64,000 bases of DNA, from the NCBI GenBank assembly GCA_025603075.1, contig MU626299.1, positions 1 through 64,000 of the forward strand. The letters run 5' to 3'. Below the pieces are notes generated by a model, which was not told the DNA's origin, searched no databases, and saw only the letters and a program-made list of their open reading frames with translations. The position numbers and the translations under genes are program-made. This DNA is from Neoconidiobolus thromboides FSU 785. Its lineage: Eukaryota > Fungi > Entomophthoromycota. How positions within the stretch are numbered: position 1 is the first letter of the stretch; every line of letters begins with the position of its first letter. This document shows, piece by piece, positions 12,000-25,288 of the stretch.

Positions 12000-14900
12000 T
12001 TAATTTAATAAATTTTGATTTTTTTAATTTTGATTTTTTTTCTATCCTTTCTATTTAAATACTGTAATGGTTAGGTTAAAATAAATGATATAATAACACA
12101 TTGAATTTATTAGAGCTAATATTAGTATAAGGTTAATTAGGGTAATTACTATATTTATTAAAATATTATTATAGTTCAATTAAAATGTAATGAATTGATA
12201 ATAAATTTAATTCCAATAAAGAATAATTAAGCAAAAAATATTTTGTAATTTTTTAACTTTGAATGATCTTAGTTAAGAATAAAAAGTAATTTTTATTATT
12301 AAAATCATTTAATGAAAGACAAAACCAAATTAGGCAATTTATATTAAAATATTTACAATGTTTACAAACACTTTATTTTATTATAATTAAATCATTGATT
12401 AAAAAATATATTAACGCAATATAAATATAAATATAATAATCTAATAAAAATAGGTATTTTTCAGGGCAAGTATATAGTGAGTTACAGTTAGCTCACAATT
12501 AATATAGATTAAGCTAAATAAAAAAACAGGATATAATAGCATTATTCTATGCAAATCTGAATTTAACCTACCTTTGATTTTATACTTTTATAAAATTTGA
12601 TCTGTATATTAAATTATTAAATATATTATGATAAAACACTCGAATTACATCTGTTTAAATGATGCTATTTAATGGGTCATTTAAATAAAATAACCTATTA
12701 ATATACAATAAAGTAACTTCATTAATAAATTTATTAGGATATCAACACTAATTTAGATTAGTTTTTCAAAAGTATATACTATTTTAATTATATAGGCCTT
12801 TCTTCATTAATAAAGAACGCCTGTCTTCTATTGACTTATATAATAAAGCTTTAGCTTAGTGGAGTTAACTTTAATAGTTATATAAAGGTCATTGAAAGTA
12901 AATAGAGAGATACTGTTTATCAAAATATAATTTTGACTAATATTGCAATACCTTTTGAGAAAAAAGCAAACACATGCTTTATACTCAAAAATTTTCATAT
13001 ACCTTTGGTAGAAAAGTAGTTTTGTTTAGAGCTTAATGTGAAATGTTAGTTATGTCTGGTATTTTGAATACACCATTGAATATCTAGCAATAATGATTTA
13101 TCTAAATTGAAAGTGATAGCATGGTTTAATTGCAATATTGGAGTGTCATAGCGGAAAGGAGAGTATAAAATTTAACCGAAGAGTCGAATTATAAAAAATA
13201 GGTTGTCATTATGATAATAATAGTAGTTAAATGGTCATGACTAAGAAGCTAACTGAATTCATGTAATTCTCCAATAATTATAGGAGAAGAAGGATAAATG
13301 TTTTTGCTCTATAAATGTATTTTACCTTACTTGCGTATAAAATTTTGGGAATATGTAAAGAAAAATTTGCTGTAAATTCAATACCAAAGTAAATAGTATA
13401 AATTTACCCGTATTAGATTGATTTATGATCGTTAGTAAGCTATTGAGGCTATTCCTTCAGGAATGCCATCCCTTTCCTTTGATTCCGGGTTTCAAAATAT
13501 TATATATCAAGCAAATTATTTCAAACTATTAAGCATATAACCATTAAGTTTATTATATAGGAGTCTGCATCTTTAATTCATAAATTTCAATGTTGATTAA
13601 AAAAACGATAATTTGACAAATGCAAGACTTAAATTAAAAAATTAAATGATTTATTATTAGTAACCTCATCTGGTTCTATTTTAAAATGTAGGGTCATATT
13701 ATCCAAATATTAAATTTTCAAGATATATTCTAGCACAGTATCAAAATGGAAAAACTAATATAAAAGGAAACCGATTAGGGCCTGATTATTAATTTCTTAT
13801 AAATCAAAGTAACTTTACAATCTATATTTAAATTAATTCAAAAAGTTTTAATATAGAAACAGATCGATAAAATTAAAAAATAAGTCAATACTTAAACAAA
13901 TATCTTAAAAATATTGCTTGAACCTACTTTTAATCTTTTTACCGATATTTGGGCTAAATATTTTCTACCTATTTTATTTAAGCGAGCTGATATTTGTAAA
14001 AATATTACTTTAATAAATGCTCGCAAATTTGAGCAATTTTTCCTTGATATTTACCCAATTTTAAATAACCAATTTATACCTTTTTGTTATATAATATATT
14101 ATATTCCCTCATAAATTCAAATATCATACACATATAAAATTACTATTAACAATGAAAGTATAAAAGTAATAAAACTTTATTAGCTTCATTTCGCATTTTA
14201 AAAATAAAAATCAACATAAGTGAAAGTAGCTATTTAGTTCAATGTACATTCTAGCCTTATTTTTTTAAAGCTTGACTTATTATAGCTTCTTAAAAAAAAT
14301 ACAATTTAAAGTATAACTATTTTTTAGTATTTTGGCTATAGGTAGCTCATCTGCCAAAATGTGTCACTATAATAACATTATCGACTCCATTTCAACCACT
14401 ACATTCTATCATAGCTCAAATAAAAGCAGTATAAAATAATAACTTAACATCTGTTTAAAATCATGATTGAGTTTTTAAAAGATACATTTAGAGTATTATA
14501 TGAAATACTACCAATTATCATACAGAAGAAGAATATAAACAGCTATAATGAATTTAAAAAATATACAAAGTGCTACACGTATGCCATTCAAAGTGTTTGT
14601 ATTATTCCTAGGTATTTTTTATGAATTTACTAATTACCTTTTTGAGCCTATATCAAAAAATCAACTATTTTACAATAATAGCCGAGCCAACTGGTTCCTT
14701 GTTTTTTACAATAGTTGTATTCCAACTATTTCATTATATATAATAATTTGCTAAATAAGCATAAAGCCTAGAATTTTTGATATTAAGATTAATTGTATGC
14801 GTAAATATCCTTGAAATTAATTTCATCGTCTTAAATTATTTATTTTAATATTCATGTTGTTTAAGAATAAGAAATCTACTAACTTACTTCAGCGTTAACT

Positions 14901-15890
14901 CACACTCAGACCATTAAGACAACTATTATTATACTCTACCTGTTATTTATTGGTTTATAATTGGTTAAGTGTATCTTAATTACTAGATCCCAGGATGGAA
15001 ATTCTCCAAGAATTTAATCCGAACCCTATACATATCGTCTTTTTGTTTATGCTCTATTTATGTTATAAACTCTGTTTTACTTATTAAGCTTGAGTTCGCT
15101 TTAATTTATGTTAAAGCTCTATTTTACTTTTTTATTATATTAAACGAATTATTACGGGTAATTCGGATACATTTTATTAAAAATTATAATATTCCATAGT
15201 AAACGGGAATGGTAATCGGTGTAAATAAAAAATAGCAGCAGCGGAATAATATACCATTATTAATATCAGCTTAGTTTTTGATTAAATAGTCAGTTCAATA
15301 AATACTAGCATAGTATTAACATCAACGCATTATAAAAATTCACAGAAGCTACTATATAACTTAACAAATGTTCCTAATCCCACTTTGTTATCATTAAAAC
15401 AATAGGTTTTATGACTTAAAAGGTATTGAATTTCATAAATTTGAGTGATAACAAATAGTAATTATTTATAAAACAACTTTAATTTTTTTTATATACTTGT
15501 GATTTTATGAATACCCTTTAATATTATTTAAAGGGTTTTTATTATATTTTTATAGTTAAGCATCTAAAATTTCTCAAATAAACGATGATTAATCTAACAA
15601 TAAAATTATAGAGTATTTCAGAACATAATTTTATAGAACAGTGGCTTATTATTGATATATTTATAGACTTTAAAAAGATTAAATTAAACTTTGAGTTGTT
15701 ATAAATTTAAATATTAAATCATAGTGCTAAAAGCAAACTAATAATTTTGAAATTATTAAATGTTTTAATCATAGGCTGTCTATTTTAGTATACGAGATTT
15801 CGACCAGAAAGCCCTTCAACTTTTTAATAGCATCACTTGCATTGCTTTTTATATTATAAATTCTACTTAGAATAGAAATAAAAACCATTT

Positions 15891-15988
15891 GAGAGTGTTT
15901 TTTTGACTTCATTATTTTTTCCATTTTTTAAGCGCTATTTAAACAGGAAATTTGTTAGTAAAATTCTTAAGGACAAAAATACATCCCC
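15891..15988 (+). mobile_element. ~98-bp MITE
   Basis: GAGAG...CCCC ends, TSD ATTT. Confidence 0.85.
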
Positions 15989-16089
15989 ATTTGTCTTATT
16001 TTATTTTTTTATAAAACAAGTAAAAAAATGCTTGAACTTATGTTTAGGATTTAACTTTATACTAGCCTTTCTCATTTAACTGTTTTTTT

Positions 16090-16125
16090 TAGTAGTAAAA
16101 TTCTTAAACAAAAAAATACATCCCC
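16090..16125 (+). mobile_element. MITE 3' fragment
   Basis: TAGTAGTAAAATTCTTAAACAAAAAAATACATCCCC followed by ATAT. Confidence 0.6.
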
Positions 16126-16526
16126 ATATGAACAATATAAGGATTTATAAAAAAACAATTAGTAAATCGATTGTTTATTATAGAAAGTATTATTAAAAGT
16201 ATATAGTTTGTTTTGTTGTATTTTTTTTAAATTTGGTACTATATAAAATTAAAATTAAAGCATGTAATTTATAATAAGCCATTATAGAAATTATTGCTAA
16301 TTTGCTACTTATTTGATAAATATTTTAAACATTATAAAAGTTAAAATAAAAATAATGTTTTATAAGCTATTATTATTTTATATTTACTAAGTAATTTTTT
16401 TAATATAAGATTCATTACAAACTTTTGTAATTTTTATTAAAAATGCTAAAAATAATATAAATTATAATTCAATACAAATACAAAGTTTAGTATTCAAAAA
16501 GAACTGTAAAAGTTTTTTAATCAACT

Positions 16527-16624
16527 GGGGATGTTTTTTTGGCTTCATCATTTTTTCTATCTTTTAAGCACTATTTAAGTGGAAAATTTGTTAGTAAAAT
16601 TCTTAAACACAAAAATACATCCCC
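16527..16624 (+). mobile_element. ~98-bp MITE
   Basis: GGGG...CCCC ends, TSD AACT. Confidence 0.85.
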
Positions 16625-16667
16625 AACTGTTTATGATAAATCAAATGATTTTGATTTCAATAACAAA

Positions 16668-16699
16668 TTAAATTAAATTAAATTAAATTAAATTAAATT
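16668..16699. repeat. (AATTA)n microsatellite
   Basis: Direct reading, about 6 units. Confidence 0.8.
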
Positions 16700-16722
16700 G
16701 ATTATAAAAACGCAATTACTTT

Positions 16723-16760
16723 TATAATTAATCATACAGCTAACAAAACGATATTTCACA
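16723..16760 (+). mobile_element. LTR 3'-terminal fragment
   Basis: TATAATTAATCATACAGCTAACAAAACGATATTTCACA resembles the LTR end TATAATTAACCATGGGGCTGATAAAGCGATATTTCACA. Confidence 0.5.
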
Positions 16761-17170
16761 TCATCAATAGTTTGGTTTTTTTATTAATAATTCTATTAAC
16801 TTTTTTAACCAAGTTTATATACATTATAACTGATAATATTATTAAAGTTTTAGTTAAACTTAATAAATTAATTTTTAATTAATTTATTAAGATAAAAATC
16901 AGTCAGCTAAAATTGCGTATATTAAACAAAAACATATTAATTATATTATAAAAAGTCTGGAGTAAAGCAGTTAAATTAATAATATTACTAAAGACATGAT
17001 TAGTTTTTTTAATAATTTCAAAAAATCAATTATATGTAAGTTTTACTAAATACTATTAAATATACAACATAATAAGTATTATCTGATAATTTGGACTAAA
17101 ACTAATTAAATCTCTGGCGTTGTTATTTCAATATTACTTAAAAGCAAAAGTATTGTTGTTAAAAACATAT

Positions 17171-17266
17171 GGGGATGTATTCTTTTACTTAAGAATTTAC
17201 TAACAATTTTCCGCTCAAGTAGCGCTTAAAAAACGGAAAAAGTAATGAAACCAAAAAAGCACTCCC
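17171..17266 (-). mobile_element. ~98-bp MITE
   Basis: GGGGATGTA...CACTCCC. Flanks ATAT/ACAT (one mismatch). Confidence 0.8.
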
Positions 17267-18235
17267 ACATATGAAAACAATACCAAAAATGTATATACTT
17301 TTTATAATAAACTTTAATAAATCAGCTTTATTTAAAGCTTTAATACCTAATTTATTTATAATAACAACTTTATTATTATGATTACTTATATTATAATCAA
17401 AAATAGCTAATTATTAGTAATATTTAAACAAATATTAAGTATTTATAAAATAAAAACAAACTTATTTTTTATAAAAAATTATTAAATAGTTTTGCTAATA
17501 GTTCTCTAAAAAATTGATTATATAATAATAATATTTTAAAGAAAACATAAAGCTATTAATATACTTATAAGGATTCTCCTAGTCATAAACACTAAATATA
17601 AAACTTAATGCTTGAGAAAAAAGTTGTAAAAGCTCTTTAATTGATTATAATAAGTTAAAAAAATCTAGTTCTAATAATTAGAATGACTTTATAAATAAAA
17701 ATATAATTTATATTGATAAGAAATAATATAATTAAATAAAATAAGTTTATTAAAACTAAGTGTAATGAACTTTAAAAAAAAAAGCAACTATAGTAAAAAG
17801 TTTTTTATATTTTATATTAAAATGCTATATGTACATAGTACATTATATGGTTTTAAATCCATTAAATTTATTTTAATCTAGGTTAGATTTTTATGAAACT
17901 TAATTTCAAATGTTAAAGTTCAGTTGTGCATTGGTAGTGGTGATTTTGTAATTGATAATTCGCTAATCATTATGATTTGCATATTATTTTCTAATTTAAT
18001 TTTAGAATAATTAACCACTGCACAATTGAAATTTAATAGCCGTTTCTCAAAAATTAAAATTAAAAACTTACTAATAGCTTTTAGAAAAATCAGTATAATT
18101 TGCTGGCCTTTTTTTACTTTTGCATGAATTTTTAAACTCTTTTTTCCAGATAGTGAAGTATCATGGATTTATAATTTTTTTGCTATAGTATCATCTATTT
18201 AATTCAAAAATTCATCTCATAAAGATTTAATATAT

Positions 18236-18333
18236 GAGGATGATTTTTTTGATTTTATTACTTTTTCACCTTTTAAGCGCTATTTGAGCGGAAAATTTGT
18301 TAGTAAAATTCTTAAACACAAGAATACATCCCC
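18236..18333 (+). mobile_element. ~98-bp MITE
   Basis: GAGG...CCCC ends, TSD ATAT. Confidence 0.85.
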
Positions 18334-18592
18334 ATATATTTATTTAAAGCAATCAACATCCTCGAATTGTATACTAAAAGATATAGTATACGTCACTTTT
18401 CTGGTTTATTTAAATAAAATAAATATGTTTAAATTCAATTTCCATAGCTTGATAGAAGGGTAATATATATTTATATTATTTATATATTTAAATTTAACTT
18501 AATATCGGCCATAGTAATTATTGCCAATAAATTAGCGGTAATTATACTACTTTGTAGTAAATGAAATTTCAATAACCTTAATGCACAAAATA

Positions 18593-20143
18593 TCAGTCCC
18601 TTTCTTCTTTAGATGTTCCTCTTAGATTATTAATACTTTGACTGTCTGAAACTAAGCCGGCCATTTCCAAAACTATTCTATTTTCAGGGTTATGAGGGTC
18701 TGATAATACAGATACTTTTGTTCTATTCATTTGCTCTTGTTTTTCAAACTCCCACTCTTTATTTTGCTCCTCTTTGGCTTTTTTGCCTCCTAACCCATAA
18801 ACTTCCATCTCGATTAATTCCATATTTTCTAATGGTTCATAAGGATTTAATGGCATTTTAGGGATATGAGTGTATAGTGCTTTAGTACTGTAGTTCTGAC
18901 TTATATCATATGACAAATTGTGCATATCCTTATCTAATTTAACTAAAGGTGGGTTACCAATCAATATTCCTTTGGCTGGGTGATATAGAAGTAGACCAGG
19001 ATCATTATTGCTTACAGGTTCTTTCGGAATAAATATACGTCGGTTAGGGAAAAGCTCTATAAGTTTTATATTTCCTTTAGAAAATGGGGTTGAAGATCTT
19101 TTCCAAGGATCTTCTGAATAAAGAGCTAAAATTACTTCCTTTTCTTCTTTTCCGTATAACGACCTAAACAATGTTAATGTTGGCCCTGGGTACATAAAAC
19201 AATGAGTTTCAAATCTATTAGTGCTAAACCCATTAGTACTTGTTCGAAATAATAGTTGAAGTTCCTTCCTATATTGCTTGCAATTAGGTTCACGATGAAT
19301 AGGGATAATCGACAGAGCTAAAAATAGTATATCACTATTTGTTAAAATTTCACTAGGGCTATCAATATTTGGAATGGTTTCTGCTTCACCAAACGATCTT
19401 GAAATCGATTCATTTATTACTGGATCTAAAAATACTTTGGTATTTAATGAGTCTAATAAAATGAACCAATTTGTGAAGTTGTTTTGCAAGAACTTGTCAA
19501 TATTATTTGTGGGAATTAAATTGGTGTTAAAATATAAATCTTCTATAAATAAGATCATATCATCAATATAACTATCCAAATTGTTTTTACTGTTTTTATC
19601 CTCTAAAATACTACTTTCTTTAAGGATGAATCTTATGTAGCCTTTCAGACCTTTCAAAAGTAGTACCGTAAACTCCTTTGAAATTCTATTTATAATTTCC
19701 TTTCTTCCTAAAATTTCTACTTCCTCAACTGTTGATAGCCATTTAAGAAAGCTTAAACTCTTCTTGCTTAAACTATTGTCTCTTATATCTCCTAGTAATG
19801 TTGGTAATCCCGCTATGATCCACTTTTTGTGAAGTACCGTATTTTCAATTTCAGTTTGGGATGTAATGCTTTTGTTCGAAAGATTTAAAAAAAAGACAAA
19901 ATACAGCTTAATCATTTCATCATTCAAGTAATCTGTTTTTAAAGCATCCTGATTGAAATAAGTTTAATTTCATTTATTCTAAATCTTTAAAGGTGAAATT
20001 TCACTTACCTTAAAATCATTGTAAGTCATTGTATCCTTTTTGAAGGTCTTACTTAAACTGTGGTTTATCTTTAGTATTTCTTTATTTGGCATTTCGCTTT
20101 TAATATTACTCTCTTCTGAAATAATACTATTAGATTGTCCCAT
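18593..20143 (-). CDS. RTC5: RTC5/MEAK7-like TLDc-domain protein, 2 exons (20143-20009, 19948-18593), ~496 aa
   Basis: Exon 1 (not in ORF track) starts MGQSNS, a myristoylation-type N-terminus as in Rtc5. 60-nt GTAAGT...CAG intron keeps the frame. TLDc region LLFR...GFS...F...YPGPTL...EMEVYGLGG and C-terminal VLEMAGL. Confidence 0.8.
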
Positions 20144-21041
20144 TTTTGATAAAAAAATAACTTTGGTAGCTTTAAAAGAATCTTATAAAATTGGCATTTT
20201 TTAAACATTCTTAAAAATTACTTCATTTATTGATTCTTACATGTCATTCTTGTAAACCCCAAATAAATTACCATGAAAATTCAGTTGAATAATAAACTAC
20301 AACGTAATAGATGTATGTGAGATCTAGACATATAGCATATGAATTAATACTCATAGTCAACCATTTTATATCTAAACTTACATTTGCTAAAAGAAGATTA
20401 TGCGTAGCACCATAATATGTACCAGGCTTTGCCATTATTAATCAGGTGATATAATTAAAGAACCAAAGATCAGATGATGGTAATAAATAATAAATTTAAA
20501 GGTAAAGGCTGTAGCTAAGGAAATCTAGAGTGATATGATCTGGTTTACTAATTGCCTAAAAGTAAATAGTTCAAGAGTATGTTTGGACCATTATATATTA
20601 AACTTTGAAATGGTTATAACTAACCCATTGTATTGCAGCTAAATTCTAATTAGCTATTGGGCTTTAAAGCCCATATAATTATTTGGACTTTCTCTCAAAC
20701 AACTTTTTAAGCTAATATCTTTTCAGCTTAAAATTTTAAGCACCATCCTCAAAAATTATGAGCTGTATTAAAGCTAAAGTGAGCAAAGAACTTAGATTAA
20801 AATGTCTTAAAAAGGCTAATGTCAACCACAGACAGCAAAAAATATATTGTGACAAATACAATGTTTTGTTAATAAGAATGCTTTCGCGCTAAAATATTTT
20901 TAGTACTTTTTGACTTATTTGGAGGTGCGTGGGACAAACTCACTTCTAAGTATTAATTAATAAAAGGATCAAAATATTTGTTAACAAATTTTTATTAAAC
21001 TGTTTATATATCTAGTTATTAGTTAAGCTAAAACTGTAACT

Positions 21042-23147
21042 ATGGATTCAAAGGGTATTCAAAAACAAGGCGCTAATTCAATAACTTGTAGTTCGAAAAT
21101 CGAACAGATTCAATTCCAATCATGTAATGACTGCTACAAACGAAAAAGAAAATGTGATAGGACTTACCCAACTTGTAAACCATGTGCTATAAGGAAAAAA
21201 GAATGCAGCTATCAAAGAAAATCAGGTAGAAAAAAAAATAGTGTAAGAGAAACTATTACACATAATATATTATTAAGATTACCAAAATCTACCTCAGTTT
21301 GCGATAACTTAAAAACGTTCAGAGAAGTAGAATTAGATCAAAATGGAAATAGCAAACAACAGAATAGTATTGATTTTAAAGTAGAAAAATGGGGGCTTAT
21401 GGACAAATTCAAAACAAGAGTTACATTTATTGAGAGTCAAAAATCAAACGACAAACATATTCGAAAGAAAGATTCCACAATGATATCGTTCCATAGTTTA
21501 AATAAATGGAATGAATCTGTCAAGCTTATAAATTTCAATAGTCCAAGGGGAGGTTGGATAAGTTTTCTTCAAGTATTATTTAATTTTCCTTTGTATCAGG
21601 ACAAAAAGACCCCGGGTCTGGAAAGCTTCTTAAGTTTAAGTAAAAAGGCCCAACTTCCAGATATATCAAAAGCAGATTACTCATCTTTAGCAACTTTACC
21701 CTATTTTTTTAAGTCTACTTTTTATCAAGTGATAGAAAAGCATCAATGTATTATTTTGAAAGCTGAAAAAATATATTTTGATTGTGTAAATAGATTTCTA
21801 CCACTGTTCCTTGAAAGTAGTTTCAAGAGACAAGAAAGATCGATATTCTTACTGTCGGCGTTATGGGCTTGCGGAATCCATCTGTTACCGACTGAAGAGC
21901 AGGATCAGATTTTATTAAAATACTTGCATTACCAAGTTTATATTGGATTAAGAAGCACATATACTCATCCAAGTCTAGATTCTTTACAAGCAATACTAAT
22001 TACTATACATGGTTTACAGCACTATAACTGGGGTACATCACCAATTAAATTTAATTATGGCATGATGCTGGAAATATCTCACTGTTTAGGATTACATCAA
22101 AAAAAGTACCCAAAAAAACTGAATATCAAAATCAAAATTGAAAGAAGGATGGCATATAATCGAATCATCTACTTTGAAGCATTATCAGCCCTAGGAATGA
22201 ACGTTCCATGTACATTTTACTCTGTAATATACTATTTCAAGAAAAAAGAACTTCAGTTTCATCCAAATATTTTGTTTTCACATACTAATCTTCATCCAAA
22301 AGATGTTAATTCATTCTTTGGCAATATTTGTTCGCTGTTAATAAGCAGCACTTTATTGCATTTATCTAGGGTAATGAGCTACATATGTTTTACTAGAAAT
22401 AATGTTTTAAATGGCAGTTTGAATAGTAGCGAATTGATAGAAAGTATCTCTTGGCTATTAATAGAAATACGTAAAGTACAAGTAAATTTCCAGCATAATT
22501 TGATTACTAATTTAGGCCCATACCTTCCTAAACCGGGTTTATTACCTATTGATCGAGAGCCTTTGTGGCGCCCAATATTCGCAGTTTTAGGTTACGTATC
22601 CTTACATTCATTATGTGCGTTTTTAAAAACTATTCAGTTAGTATTCTATATTGATTTTGAAATACCTTTACCAAATCCTAGTTTAATGCCAGTTATTACT
22701 ATACCTTTCAAAACAAGCTATTCGTGCTGTAGAGAAAATACTGATATAACTGTTGATGAGCTAAAATCAAATGTTTATAAACTGTCATCTAGCTTTATGT
22801 ATCACAACAAAGCGTTGCTAAAATATCCAAATGCAAAAATACACAATAAATATGTAGACCTGGGTTTAAACATATGCAAAGAAATCTTTAATATTGAGGA
22901 GCAAATATTTAATACTAACAAGTATTTTGCTTCAAGGTGTCCAGTATTAACTATTTGTCTCTTTTTCCTTATAGATCAATACTCAAATTTCAATCAAGAT
23001 TATAAAGCTGATCTAATTAACCAAATCAAAAGAGGTAAGGAGTTGCTTTTTTCTACTAATAATCTTTGCTTTGCTTTTACTGTTGACTCCTCGCTTTGTA
23101 TCCTATTGATTAATTCAATTTTATCTGAAAAGAAATTTATCAAATAA
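21042..23147 (+). CDS. Zn(II)2Cys6 (Gal4-type) transcription factor, 701 aa, intronless
   Basis: SCNDCYKRKRKCDRTYPTCKPCAIRKKECSY. Middle region resembles the fungal TF domain (YF..VN.FLP...; SLDSLQA; LGLH; ERR). Confidence 0.92.
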   Translation: MDSKGIQKQGANSITCSSKIEQIQFQSCNDCYKRKRKCDRTYPTCKPCAIRKKECSYQRKSGRKKNSVRETITHNILLRLPKSTSVCDNLKTFREVELDQNGNSKQQNSIDFKVEKWGLMDKFKTRVTFIESQKSNDKHIRKKDSTMISFHSLNKWNESVKLINFNSPRGGWISFLQVLFNFPLYQDKKTPGLESFLSLSKKAQLPDISKADYSSLATLPYFFKSTFYQVIEKHQCIILKAEKIYFDCVNRFLPLFLESSFKRQERSIFLLSALWACGIHLLPTEEQDQILLKYLHYQVYIGLRSTYTHPSLDSLQAILITIHGLQHYNWGTSPIKFNYGMMLEISHCLGLHQKKYPKKLNIKIKIERRMAYNRIIYFEALSALGMNVPCTFYSVIYYFKKKELQFHPNILFSHTNLHPKDVNSFFGNICSLLISSTLLHLSRVMSYICFTRNNVLNGSLNSSELIESISWLLIEIRKVQVNFQHNLITNLGPYLPKPGLLPIDREPLWRPIFAVLGYVSLHSLCAFLKTIQLVFYIDFEIPLPNPSLMPVITIPFKTSYSCCRENTDITVDELKSNVYKLSSSFMYHNKALLKYPNAKIHNKYVDLGLNICKEIFNIEEQIFNTNKYFASRCPVLTICLFFLIDQYSNFNQDYKADLINQIKRGKELLFSTNNLCFAFTVDSSLCILLINSILSEKKFIK

Positions 23148-23209
23148 ATTCCTTATTTTTATAATTTTTAATTGCATATAATTTGCGAAAAAGTGCAAAG
23201 CTCCATATA

Positions 23210-23805
23210 GGATTCCAGAGTCATTTTCAGATTTATATAAAATGACTCGGATTTTTGCAAAGTTGCTTCAGTTTTTGATTGACTAGATCTGGAGAAACTA
23301 AAAAATCGCTTAAGATTTGTTAGGGTAATTTTAAACTAAAAATTGCACAAAGTAAAATTTGGACAAAAATATGGGGATGTTTTTTTTGGTTTCATTACTT
23401 TTTCCATCTTTAAGCCCTATTTGAGCGGAAAAATTGTTAGTAAAATTCATAAATATAAAAATATATCTCTAAATATTGACTCAAGCATAGATGAATTTAA
23501 ATTTAAAATTATCGAATTATCGATTTCTTCTAACATTTAATAAGAATTTAGTTGCATACAACGACAAAAATATTTATTTTGACTTGTTCATATTATTTTA
23601 AAACATCTATTTATGAATTGTTATTTATTTGAATATGTATTGATAGTTATGCTAATATCTGAATAATTTTGATTTCTAGCTTAAAATTACACTAACAAAT
23701 CTTAAGCGATTTTTTAGTTTCTCCAGATTTAGTCAATCAAAAACTGAAGCAACTTTGCAAAAATCCGAGTCATTTTATATAAATCTGAAAATGACTCTGG
23801 AATTC
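23210..23805. mobile_element. Non-autonomous long-TIR element (~130-bp TIRs, MULE/foldback-like) with a nested MITE
   Basis: 23212-23340 is the reverse complement of ~23675-23803 with only a few mismatches. No TSD identified. Confidence 0.8.
23373..23470 (+). mobile_element. ~98-bp MITE nested in the long-TIR element
   Basis: GGGGATG...ATATCTCT, family consensus. Confidence 0.8.
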
Positions 23806-24078
23806 TTTACAATTCATTTTTTACAAATATTTTATTGTATAAATAAAACCATCTAACTTCTTCTTAAAAAATGGGGGAGGAAAAAGGATGGTTGGAAAAC
23901 ACAATGGTATCCCATGAGTTGTTGGAAAAAAGTAACGAGTCACAAGAATGGTGTAAAAAGAGTAGAAAAGGAATTATAGAAGAAGTAATATAAATTTATG
24001 TTGATTTAGTCTTTTAATGAATAATAGGTACATAAATTGAATTATAAAGTAGGACTAATTAACAAAAAGGAAATAAAA

Positions 24079-24904
24079 ATGTCAGAAGTTAATAATAATG
24101 ATGAGAAAGATATATTTGTTGCGCTTTTTAGATCTGATGTTTACAGTGTCGTCTGCATTCTCACTTCTTGGGATAACCAGTTTGAAAAAAGTTATTCAGT
24201 GGAGCTAAAAAGATACAATAAAAGAAGGTATGAATTCAAGTTTGGCTCAGCGTGTATATTGATTATTGACAAGCTTAAAATATTACAATCAAAGGAAAAG
24301 GAGAAAGTAACAGGAAATGAAAAGGAAATGAATTTATCATTTGATGATAATGTTCTGAGTTATTGTGAAAACATTTCGAAAGATTATGGGTATTACTTCC
24401 TTGACATTTTCAATATGTGATTTTCTAATGTTTTAAGTCTATACCATCATAGTGAATTAATATCAACTTTATATAAAACTATTATGAAAGAAGATAAAAT
24501 AATGAGTAATAGATAACTGTTATTGTTTTAAATTTTAATCTGATTCTTTAGATTTATCGACCTACAATAATATGTTAGAGCCCATCTATTGGACTATTCC
24601 TCCAGAACAGTATAAACAATTAATGGATTCTGTAACTGGTTCTAATGACGAAAAGGGTGGAAAAGAGGAAACAAAAAGAAGGATGAAAGTTGAACCATCT
24701 AACTTTACTGATAAAGATTTAGCTAAGGAAAATAAAAAACCTAAAAATCACACTCCTGATATTCCAGATGATTCCAGCTTTTATTTTCCAAACTCTGCCC
24801 CAGAAACAAATGCCTTTGATAAATCTGAAACGGAGTCTTTAGATGGGACCAACTCTTGTGATCTACCTATTGCCTATTTCAAAGCTTCCCCGAAATTAAT
24901 GTAA
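24079..24904 (+). CDS. Hypothetical protein, probably 3 exons
   Basis: ORFs 24037-24420 and 24572-24904 join in frame through two short GT-AG introns and a middle exon LYHHSELISTLYKTIMKEDKIM. No domain recognised. Confidence 0.6.
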
Positions 24905-25208
24905 AACTGATATTAAATAATTATTTGAATTTTGTCATCTAATTTCCAATTTTTTATCATATATACTCTAGTTAAATTAATTATAATAAAAAGTTAGCAC
25001 GCTGCAATGTCTTTTTTAATTTTATTTTTTTGTCTATTCTTACAAAAACTAAAAAAATATCAATCAAGGTCTTAAAGAACTAGTGTTATTAAAAATTTTA
25101 AAAAATTGATGAAACAGTTTATAAAGCCAAATAAAAAACTATTAATAAATCTCTAAAACATAAATTATTGTATTGTCTTTACTTACACAAATTGATTAAA
25201 GTAAAACG

Positions 25209-25241
25209 TAGATTAGATTAGATTAGATTAGAGTTAGAGTT
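25209..25241. repeat. (GATTA)n/(GAGTTA)n short tandem repeat
   Basis: Direct reading. Confidence 0.7.
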
Positions 25242-25254
25242 AAGGGTGGCATAT

Positions 25255-25288
25255 GGGGATCTGTCCTTAAACACAAGAATACATCTCC
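25255..25288 (+). mobile_element. Internally deleted MITE (34 bp, both ends kept)
   Basis: ATAT GGGGAT...AAACACAAGAATACATCTCC ACAT. Confidence 0.55.

Noticed and set aside
13914-15260. Short hydrophobic ORFs (13914, 14548) as a membrane-protein pseudogene
   Set aside because: No recognisable motif or consistent splice model. Such ORFs are expected by chance in T-rich DNA.
25209-25246. GATTA/GAGTTA/TAAGGG run as an interstitial telomere
   Set aside because: No TTAGGG tandem units. It is a short microsatellite.
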